The notes under the pieces were generated by a model that was given only the letters and a program-made list of their open reading frames with translations, made no database searches and was not told where the DNA came from. A stretch of 63,339 bases of DNA, filler included, from Octopus bimaculoides (lineage: Eukaryota), in the NCBI RefSeq assembly GCF_001194135.2. It is 6 parts of 6 records of this genome, joined end to end, with 100 filler letters (N's around TTAATTAATTAA, not from the genome) between each part and the next. Parts side by side here need not be neighbours in the genome. Positions count along the whole stretch, not along the records: positions 32,872 to 54,477 come from NC_068984.1; positions 54,578 to 61,872 come from NC_068986.1; positions 61,973 to 63,339 come from NC_068985.1; 3 more parts are not named here. One strand, given 5' to 3'. The translations under genes and the position numbers were made by a program. Below are positions 52,141 through 63,339 of the stretch, piece after piece. How positions within the stretch are numbered: the stretch's first letter is position 1; the number at the start of each line of letters is the position of its first letter.

Positions 52141-52401
52141 TAGTAGTAACAGCAATCTCTACAAAAGGAACAATAAAAGTGGTAGATATTTTCGAAGGCC
52201 GTATAGTTCCACTCAGACAGCACTTGCTAAACAACAGCACCAAGTATATAAGCATTAACTTCTTGCTGAACAGTAAAGTGTACAATATCCTGTGTATCGG
52301 CAGTGAGCTCTTCAGGAAACACTCTCTGACTTCCTGTGATGACCTCGAATATGATATATAAATATAAATATGTGTGTGTACATATCTCTCTCTCTCTCTC
52401 T

Positions 52402-52436
<35 letters not shown>

Positions 52437-53050
52437 TTTATGTACGCATGTATGTATACGCATGATGGAATGTTGCTGTATATATATCATCACGTTCGCG
52501 CTGTTTGTATTTCCGCATATTGCATATTTCTATTATAATGTAAGCGGATGCTAACAATGCCGGATTCAGACGTCATAATATTAAAAACGCAAAATTGATA
52601 ATAAATGTATCTGGGGTGACAATGACAAACCGAAGCCCTTTAACATCTAGTTATAGATTACAGGACAGAAGTAAAATATTCTGGATACACTCCAGAACCT
52701 CTGAATGTAGGGGCTCTGAGTGTGGCACTGCAGGGGCTGGACTAAAGTCGTTGGAGGTAGTATCGGAGCCGATGACTACGAAAGTTCTGCTGGTGGTGGT
52801 GGTGATGAAATATGTTTCGTGTGAGCGCGCGCGCGTGTGTGTGTGTGTGTGATAATATGTGTGACAGTGTGTGTCTCAGTTTGAAAGGGAATGAGGTCAT
52901 AGGTTAGGAGAAATTATTTCGAGGAAGATATGATAATGACAGGGGAAACGAGGTGAAGTAACGACTAATCCAGTTGATGGCTGATTTGTGACTTACGATA
53001 ATCTATTTGCTGTCATGTCTGCTTCATGCTTGTTTTCTGCCACCTACATA

Positions 53051-53109
<59 letters not shown>

Positions 53110-53189
53110 TTGTACATATATATATATATATGCACATGTTTATATGAGGGAAAGAGGAAGTGGCTGCATGAGTGTGTGTGTGTGTGTAT

Positions 53190-53241
<52 letters not shown>

Positions 53242-53353
53242 NNNNNNNNNNNNNNNNNNNNNNNNNNNNNNNNNNNNNNNNNNNNNNNNNNNNNNNNNNN
53301 NNNNNNNNNNNNNNNNNNNNNNNNNNNNNNNNNNNNNATATATACATACACAT

Positions 53354-53443
<90 letters not shown>

Positions 53444-53761
53444 ATGAATGTATATTCAAATACAAATACACACACACGCACACATACATTCAAACGGTGA
53501 GTTAGCAACCAGTCAGACAGTGGATGCGAACATAATTAGTTCAGTAACGTATGGATTGATAAAGCATTGATTGGAGATTCTCCCTCAGAAATGGAAGCGA
53601 CACAACTTCGTTATTTCAATGGGTGATTACATGCTTATTAAAATGGAGTAAGAATGCGCGCGCACGCACACACACACATGCACACGTACACACACACACA
53701 CACCTTTATATAAATATATATATGTATGCATGCATAAATACACCCAGACATACATACATAC

Positions 53762-53823
<62 letters not shown>

Positions 53824-54577
53824 GTGTATACATATATAATCGTGTGTGTGTCGGTGTGTATCTCAGTCTGTGTGCATGTATGTACGCGGAGTGATATGGT
53901 AGAAGCAGTTAGAGCTATATTGGAATGGCAGCGACAGATTTAAACTGGGAAAGTTGGCACTGATAAATGAAGAAATTTGCCAACTCACTGACATTTAACT
54001 AAGTCATTTCAGCCTGAATTAAACCATTTCAACGGATCCAAAACCAAGATTATCAAACTCTCACCATAGCTAGGAGAAGTGTGTATTTGTGTGTTAGCGA
54101 GTAAGAATGTGACATGTAGTGAAACAAACTCATTTGTCATTGGGTTGAACGTGAAAGTGAAAATGAAAGTTAAAAGAAAGACACTATGGATGGAACTTAT
54201 TTAAATTGGTTGAGAGGAAGAGGAAGTTAGAAGAGGTAGAGATGCTATGCAAAAGAGAGAAAAGAAGGAGGAAGAAGAAGTGTTGAGGAGGGAAAGAGTG
54301 TCTTAATGCAATGTGATATGATTTAACAAGAGTGTTATGAGGGCGGTGGGAAGAGGAATGTTGTAATTATGTGTGTGTATGTATGTGTGTACGTTTGGAC
54401 GTGTGTGAGAGTTCGTGTGTATGGATGCGCGGATACACGTATATGCATACTAGGATGCATATATATATATATATATANNNNNNNNNNNNNNNNNNNNNNN
54501 NNNNNNNNNNNNNNNNNNNNNTTAATTAATTAANNNNNNNNNNNNNNNNNNNNNNNNNNNNNNNNNNNNNNNNNNNN

Positions 54578-54609
<32 letters not shown>

Positions 54610-54618
54610 GTATCTGTT

Positions 54619-54651
<33 letters not shown>

Positions 54652-55426
54652 ATGTATATGTGTGTGTGTGCATGTATGTATATGCATATTTATATATATG
54701 TATATATACTCTATACACACACTGACATAGATATTTATGTTTGTGTATGTGTGTATGTGTGTATGTGCGAGAGAGACAGACAGAAAGAGAGAGAGACAGA
54801 CAGAAAGAGAGAGAGACACCATTTGCACATAGTTAAGCACATTAATATAGCATGGTGCTGGGTGTAGGTATTAGGCGTGCGTTTATGTGTAGGCAAGTGG
54901 TGGGGGAATTAATTGTACAATATTTATAGATCGTGTAAAATGAAGAGTAAATTATGTGTATCTAAGCCACTCTAGATTGGCTGGTGGTGGTAGTGTTGTT
55001 GTTGGTGGTGATGGTGATGGTAGTGGGGGTGATGGTGGTGGTCGTAGTTATGAAGAGTGTGCTGGTAATGGCTGTGTTGTGTTTGTATAATACACAAGTA
55101 AAATTGCATAATTTACTCACACAAACCAGAGATCTTGTATGTAGTTCCTACACTTGCTAGATATAGTAAACATGACTCCCTTAAATCAGTCTTTAATAAA
55201 TGGACTCGTTGTATAATTTAGTTCTGAATTCCGTGTATATAGGGAAAAGATGGGATGTCACGATTGGTGCACTCGACTAAGATTGTCTTGGTCCTAAGGT
55301 TAATAGCAACTTAACTGGTTTTATCAACTTCACTATTAGTCACAGGAAATTTAACCGTTAAGACGATTATATTCGGCCAAATTATCTGAAACTACCATTG
55401 CCTGTGCGTATATCAGTATCTATCTA

Positions 55427-55473
<47 letters not shown>

Positions 55474-55761
55474 TTTAGAGAATTAACATATATATATATC
55501 AATATATATATAAATCAATATATATATATTGTTGTATTTCGGGACGGTAATTTTGCCAAATATACACACGCACTATATATTTCTTCTTTGTGTGTGCTCA
55601 GAATGGAATATGTGGGGCAAAAGCACACACGGAGACGAAAAGTATCACTAGGGTATTAGAAACAACCACATTGCTAGAAATAAGAGATAAAATGCTCTAA
55701 TGCCGTGGTATGTATATATGTATACACACGTATACATAGATATATACAAATACATATATAC

Positions 55762-55802
<41 letters not shown>

Positions 55803-55825
55803 CGCACACATACACACACACACAG

Positions 55826-55886
<61 letters not shown>

Positions 55887-56298
55887 CGAGGGGCTTCTTT
55901 CAGTTTCTGTCTACTATACACACACATACACGCACACAGACGCACATCCACNNNNNNNNNNNNNNNNNNNNNNNNNNNNNNNNNNNNNNNNNNNNNNNNN
56001 NNNNNNNNNNNNNNNNNNNNNNNNNNNNNNNNNNNNNNNNNNNNNNNNNNNNNNNNNNNNNNNNNNNNNNNNNNNNNNNNNNNNNNNNATTAATAATAGA
56101 ATTAATAATTAACAATTTTGCCAAGTAGTTCAGTATGAAAAAACCTTTATCGGTAAAACCATTTATCATCATAAATATACAGGGATTAGCATTGAGTTGC
56201 TTCTCCAACATACTGAAAATTTTGTTTTATGCGTGCCATAAATATCGTCATCCATTCAGAGAAAAATTTGTAGTTTAGAATCAGTAGTTCTTTGACTG

Positions 56299-56339
<41 letters not shown>

Positions 56340-56448
56340 NNNNNNNNNNNNNNNNNNNNNNNNNNNNNNNNNNNNNNNNNNNNNNNNNNNNNNNNNNNNN
56401 NNNNNNNNNNNNNNNNNNNNNNNNNNNNNNNNNNNNNNNNNNNNNNNN

Positions 56449-56511
<63 letters not shown>

Positions 56512-56732
56512 AAGAGAGAGACATACAATCATAAAGACACATATGGCCAAAACAAAAGAAAAATCAACAACACAAGAGACGGAAACATACAATGACGACA
56601 CCGACTACAACCGCCACCCCCAAGAACAATATATTCGTTATAAGCCAATGAGGGAACTTCACGTTGACGTTCGACATGTTTAAAATATCAGCTAGTTCAC
56701 CCTCAAACTATTGTTTTATGAATGTATGTAGG

Positions 56733-56913
56733 CGCAGACGTAGGTGTGTGGGAAGGGGCTTGCTTCCCGACCACGTGGTTCTGGGTTTAGTTCCACTGCG
56801 TGACAGCACTTTGGACAAGTGTCTTCTACTATAGTCTCAGGCCGACGAAAGTATTGTGAGTGGATTTGGTAGACGGAAACTGAAAAGAAGCCTGTCGTGT
56901 ATATACTTATATT

Positions 56914-56968
<55 letters not shown>

Positions 56969-57445
56969 GTGTGTGTGTGTGCGCATGTAAATATGTGTGT
57001 GTGTTTGTCCCACCCACCATCGCTTCACAACCGATGTTGGTGTGTTCACGTCCTCGTAAACTAGCGGTTCGGCAAAAGAGGCCAATAGAATAAGTACTGG
57101 GCTTCCAAAAATAAGTCTTAGGGTCGATTTGTTCGACTAAAGGCGGTGCTCCAGCATGGCCGCAGTCAAAATTACTGAAACAAATAGAAGAATAAAAGAA
57201 AATATGTGTGTGTGTATATGTGTGTGTGTGTATTAGGTATATATGTATATTTATGTGTGTGTGTCTTTGCATCTGTTTGCTCCCTCCCACCGCTTCACAA
57301 CCGATGTTGGTGTGTTTATTTCCTCGTAACTTAGCGGTTAGGCAAAAGAAACTGATAGAAAAAGTAGTAGGCTTAGAAAAATTCCCGGTGTCGACTTGTT
57401 CAACTAAAACCTGCATGGCTGCAGTTAAATAACTGAGACAAGTTA
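56733..57445 (+). mobile_element. Full-length bipartite SINE family B (56733-57200) plus a duplicated 3' half (57240-57445)
   Basis: tRNA-like head, (TA)(TG)n core at 56900-57003, and a tail ending GGCGGTGCTCCAGCATGGCCGCAGTCAAAATTACTGAAAC. A second, more diverged tail follows. Confidence 0.9.
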
Positions 57446-58716
57446 AAGGTAATAGATAAAAAGGTATCTATCCATCTGTCCTTACTTCCGTCCGTCTGAC
57501 TATCAACATACATACATACATACATACATGCATGCATACATGCACACACACATACACACACACACACACATACATACATACATACATACATACATACATA
57601 CATTTATGTATGTTGCTGATGTTGAAATTCCAACGAAGTTAACTTGGATCTAAGTTGGAAACCGGTTCTTTCTCTATTGGCAAGAAATCTTGAAATAGAC
57701 AGAATAATGACATACATACATAGAACAGATTATGGTTTCAAAGCGATGAAAATATTTTGACAAATTAAATTGAATCTAACAGTTTTTGTGTTTTTGAATG
57801 GCTTATAAACACCTACCACTCTGCAATTGTTTTTGTTTCAGCACACGATCTTAGATCAAGTTACTTCTCCATAATATATANNNNNNNNNNNNNNNNNNNN
57901 NNNNNNNNNNNNNNNNNNNNNNNNNNNNNNNNNNNNNNNNNNNNNNNNNNNNNNNNNNNNNNNNNNNNNNNNNNNNNNNNNNNNNNNNNNNNNNNNNNNN
58001 NNNNNNNNNNNNNNNNNNNNNNNNNNNNNNNNNNNNNNNNNNNNNNNNNNNNNNNNNNNNNNNNNNNNNNNNNNNNNNNNNNNNNNNNNNNNNNNNNNNN
58101 NNNNNNNNNNNNNNNNNNNNNNNNNNNNNNNNNNNNNNNNNNNNNNNNNNNNNNNNNNNNNNNNNNNNNNNNNNNNNNNNNNNNNNNNNNNNNNNNNNNN
58201 NNNNNNNNNNNNNNNNNNNNNNNNNNNNNNNNNNNNNNNNNNNNNNNNNNNNNNNNNNNNNNNNNNNNNNNNNNNNNNNNNNNNNNNNNNNNNNNNNNNN
58301 NNNNNNNNNNNNNNNNNNNNNNNNNNNNNNNNNNNNNNNNNNNNNNNNNNNNNNNNNNNNNNNNNNNNNNNNNNNNNNNNNNNNNNNNNNNNNNNNNNNN
58401 NNNNNNNNNNNNNNNNNNNNNNNNNNNNNNNNNNNNNNNNNNNNNNNNNNNNNNNNNNNNNNNNNNNNNNNNNNNNNNNNNNNNNNNNNNNNNNNNNNNN
58501 NNNNNNNNNNNNNNNNNNNNNNNNNNNNNNNNNNNNNNNNNNNNNNNNNNNNNNNNNNNNNNNNNNNNNNNNNNNNNNNNNNNNNNNNNNNNNNNNNNNN
58601 NNNNNNNNNNNNNNNNNNNNNNNNNNNNNNNNNNNNNNNNNNNNNNNNNNNNNNNNNNNNNNNNNNNAGAATTATTAAGATAAAACTTACTTGGAAGGGG
58701 ATGCGTGGCACACACA

Positions 58717-58748
<32 letters not shown>

Positions 58749-58754
58749 GATATA

Positions 58755-59565
58755 GAGGATGCTGTGAATAAACTGTCATCTGAATAACGCAAAAATGAAA
58801 ATAACACTGACATCTCATTTTAACAGATATTTTTACCAAAATTAGATTAAAATATTTTGAAATACTAAAGAGTAAATTTATTCAATAAAATCGCCATTGG
58901 CTTCAACCACGGCCTCCAGACGACTTCGGAAACTCCTGCAACTCTTATGAACGATCTGCTTGTTTACGTTGGTAAACACTACCATAATCCTTGCTTTCAG
59001 TTCATACAAGGAGTTTTGTTGGTCTCACGCTCAACTGGTCGCAGCAATCGTCTGACAGCTATGACTAGGTTCTCCTGCTTGCGTGATATGGTGCAGAGCC
59101 CTGTTGCCAGATATAGGGTCTTCCAGCAGTCATTCTCTTCACCCAAGGCAGCACTGCCTCCTCCAAGCACTTGATGTAGGCCTTCATATTAAGTCTGAGG
59201 CCGTGTGAGAAGATGAATGGAGGCATGACATCGCCATCACTAGTGATCACTCCAAACGCCATGATGTTGACTGGATGCTTGATTTCTTTTTCACTCTCGG
59301 TACATGTCCTTTGATTGCACTGTCCTCAGATTGTCATTCAAGCACTCCGAAATGTTCGTATTAGATCTTCTGGCGCGAATGCCAAGCAGTACAGCGTGTC
59401 GTTTTCAAATTTCTGGTAGAGTGAATTGCATCATGGTGCTATTTTTCTCACAGACAGTGCCCAACTGACCCTACTATAATGTGTAGTCGACAAACCCAAA
59501 AACAAACAATGGGCACACGCAAACTTAAAAATATAAAATGGCGACAATTTACCCATCGCATCCTG
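58755..59565 (-). mobile_element. Internally deleted maT-like (Tc1/mariner) element with both TIRs
   Basis: TIR CAGGATGCGATGGGTAAATTGTCGCC ends at 59565, flanked by TA at 59566-59567. A degenerate TIR GAGGATGCTGTGAATAAACTGTC starts at 58755 after TA. Transposase pieces include GVITSDGDVMPPFIF...VLPW...WQQGSAPYHASRRT and CRSFRSRLEAVVEANGDFIE*. Confidence 0.8.
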
Positions 59566-59934
59566 TATATATGCACATTTATATACAAACCTGTGTGTAT
59601 GTATATATGGAAGTAGGTATATATATTTGTAATTATCTGTGTGTGTATGTATGTATGTATGTATGTATGTATGTATGTATGTATGTACGTACGGGGCAAC
59701 GATGGAGACCTTTCCATGGTAACTAGGCTTGACATACATCGCAACGACATGTCCTTCGAATTATATCCTACTGTCCTTCAAGAAAGGACAAATTGGTTAA
59801 TAATCGCCGTTGATCATAGAACTTGATTATGGCTGTCCTGGGGCTAAGCGAAAACAACAACAAAAAAATAACAACACCACCACAACCACCTTTACCACCC
59901 ATATCGCTACTTTTACCAATATTACTACCATCTT

Positions 59935-60023
59935 TACTACTACTACTACTACTACTGCTACTACTACTACTACTGCTGCTGCTGCTACTACTACAACTAC
60001 TACAACTACTACTGCCACTGCTG

Positions 60024-60064
<41 letters not shown>

Positions 60065-60200
60065 GCTGCTACTGCCACTACTACTACTACTACTACTACC
60101 ACCACCCCTACTAACACCACCACCAACAACAACACCACTGCTATCACTACAACCACAACTACCACCACCACTACCTCCATCAACACCACTACTGCTACAC

Positions 60201-60238
<38 letters not shown>

Positions 60239-60410
60239 GCTACTACTATTATTATTATCACCACCACCACCACTAACATCATAAACAGCACCACCACTAT
60301 CAATATCAACACCATCACTACCACAACCACCACCACCACCACCACCACCACCACTGCCACTACTACTACTACTACTAAAAGCATTAACAGCTGCAGTAAC
60401 ACCACCACGT
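59935..60410. repeat. ~480-bp compound (ACT/ACC/GCT)n trinucleotide array
   Basis: Directly visible; it is the source of the poly-Thr, poly-Leu and poly-Val ORFs. Confidence 0.9.
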
Positions 60411-60431
60411 CCACTTCCACCTCACACTCAC

Positions 60432-60496
60432 CTTCGTTCACAGTCATACAATGTCTGTGTGTCTCAGTATGGTAACAGAACAAAATCCATTCCTCA
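60432..60496 (-). CDS. Candidate exon ending at a consensus donor (xEEWILFCYHTETHRHCMTVNEx)
   Basis: Perfect AAG|gtgagt donor at 60431. The acceptor ttctgcaag at 60497 is moderate. It could instead be a first exon starting at MTVNE. Confidence 0.3.
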
Positions 60497-60829
60497 CTTG
60501 CAGAACCAGATCGACCAGAAACGAAGATTAAATGAGAAAGTTTACATTTAGTCATGAGATGGGAACATTAAACCACCCCGGGTAAATGGTCTGAGTTAGG
60601 GGTGGTAGAGAGAACAAGGAAGGTGATTGGGTTATGGACTAAATATATGTCACATTTTATGACATTTTGACACAAGTGAACAGCTGAAATCATGCAGTTT
60701 CATACACAAACATACTCTGACTCATTCACACACGTTTACAGAAATATATAAACATACATAACATAGATAAATGTGTCTATATATATATATGTATATGTGT
60801 GTGTGCCTGTGTGCATGTGTGTGTATGTA

Positions 60830-60863
<34 letters not shown>

Positions 60864-60889
60864 ATACATGCATACATATNNNNNNNNNN

Positions 60890-60947
<58 letters not shown>

Positions 60948-61130
60948 CATATGATATATAAATATATGTACATACACACGCACACACACATACACAGAAA
61001 CATATATATACATTATGTATATACATACATACATATATATATATATGTATATATATGTATATATATATGTATATGTATATACATATATACATATATATGT
61101 ATATATATATATATATACGTATATACATAC

Positions 61131-61176
<46 letters not shown>

Positions 61177-61838
61177 GTAGATCTCGCATGTGCAATGTAG
61201 TGAATTTCAGTTAAATGAGAGTATCTACGCAATTACTAGATAAAACATTCGTCTAGACTTGTTTGAAACCTCAAAAAGAAGCACACCAAGAGAAAGGAGA
61301 TTATTCAATAAAGTCTTTGAACTGAAATTTTGGCAGATAAAGTAAATGTAGTCTGGAATTGAATCTGATGTTTAAAGCCAGCTGATGAAATCAATGGCAA
61401 TGTTTTGGTTTTATTAGACCTCCTCAATGAATAATGTTCTACTCAGTTGGCAAAAGCTATAAGTGATCAGTATGTGGGTATAGAGGGCATAATTTACCAC
61501 ATTTCTCATGTCTTGTATTAAATCTGCATTGCTGTTTACCAGCAGGTTTAACCTTGGCTGAGCAGAATTTATAACCCAATATATTTTAACCGTGACCTTC
61601 TTGGTAATTTCAAATGTGCATCCAAGACTATTTTATGTAATAGATTCCTTTTTTAAAATTTATCTAAGATGGCTGGATGTCACTTGATGCTTATTTGTCG
61701 ATTTGCTACACCATCCAAATTGAGTGATGGCGAAGATACTCTCTTGTTGGATCATTAAAAATTATGTGTATGCATCTGTTATGTATGCACGTACTTAGGT
61801 TTATATTTATGTGCGTGTATGTATATGCATATATGTAC

Positions 61839-61872
<34 letters not shown>

Positions 61873-61972
61873 NNNNNNNNNNNNNNNNNNNNNNNNNNNN
61901 NNNNNNNNNNNNNNNNTTAATTAATTAANNNNNNNNNNNNNNNNNNNNNNNNNNNNNNNNNNNNNNNNNNNN

Positions 61973-62600
<628 letters not shown>

Positions 62601-63059
62601 AACGAGAATTAGAGAGAAAGAAAGAGAAAAACGCGGGAAAAAAAGAGAGTGAAAGTGCAAAGTAATAGGATGTGTTAGATATGAGGGAGTGAAAGAGATA
62701 GAGAGAGAAGGAGGGAGACAGACACAGGGAAGAAGAGAGAGGGACAGAGAGGAAGACTGCATAGAATATTGAGAGGTGAGAGTGACGGAGTGAGTGGATG
62801 GAGTTTGCGATGAGGAGGAGAGAGAACGGATTTGAGACAGAAAGCGAGAAAAGTCGAGAGAGAGAGAGAGAGAGAGAGAGATGGGCAATAAATGAATGAC
62901 TAGATAGATAGACAGAGAAACAGACATACAGATAGATAGACCGACTGATAAAAGACGGACAAACAGACAGATAGATAGATACATAGATAAGGTAGATAGA
63001 TAGGTAAGCAGATAAACACAAATAGATTTACTAACAGTTACACACACACACATACACAC

Positions 63060-63304
63060 ACACACACACACACATATATACTCTTTTACTCTTTTACTTG
63101 TTTCAGTCATTTGACTGCGGCCATGCTGGAGCACCGCCTTTAGTCGAGCAAATCGACCCCAGGACTTATTCTTTGTAAGCCTAGTACCTATTCTATCGGT
63201 CTCTTTTGCCGAACCGCTAAGTTACGGGGACGTAAACACACCAGCATCGGTTGTCAATTGATGTTGGGGGACAAACAGACACACAAACACACACACACAC
63301 ACAG

Positions 63305-63339
<35 letters not shown>
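63060..63339 (-). mobile_element. Young SINE family B 3' half, continuing into its internal microsatellite at the window edge
   Basis: Near-identical reverse complement of 11470-11672, with a tandem (ACTCTTTT) tail repeat. Confidence 0.92.

Noticed and set aside
59810-60555. 221-242 aa poly-Thr, poly-Val and poly-Leu ORFs resembling a mucin
   Set aside because: A pure trinucleotide array is open in several frames on both strands simply because it lacks stop codons, and it has no mucin-like unique flanks.

Overview
AT-rich, microsatellite-dense eukaryotic DNA with no prokaryotic features (no operons, CRISPR, rRNA or true tRNA). The SINE families, TTAGGG repeats and overall texture suggest an octopus or other coleoid cephalopod draft assembly; this is inference from remembered repeat families and was not checked against a database. 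The window is not one contiguous molecule: five identical 100-bp spacers (44 N + TTAATTAATTAA + 44 N) join six assembly pieces. Almost all recognisable sequence is decayed mobile DNA: (i) at least four tRNA-headed SINE families with more than 30 copies or fragments; (ii) about nine fragments of RLE-type non-LTR retrotransposons, mostly R4/Dong-like and often abutting (TAA)n, plus two Hero-like; (iii) a rearranged RTE LINE; (iv) a CR1-type 3' end whose UTR matches the tail of one SINE family; (v) mariner and maT (Tc1/mariner) relics; (vi) two or three degenerate hammerhead-ribozyme folds of the Penelope-like type. Nearly all ORFs in the supplied track are microsatellite or N-gap artefacts. No complete host gene is visible, but a few isolated candidate exons with good splice signals exist, the best being 41375-41543 on the + strand. 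I found no convincing wholly new system. The strongest leads are the SINE-CR1 shared tail, the hammerhead-bearing repeats, the TAA-associated Dong-like cluster with an RT-deleted derivative, and the unidentified exon(s).
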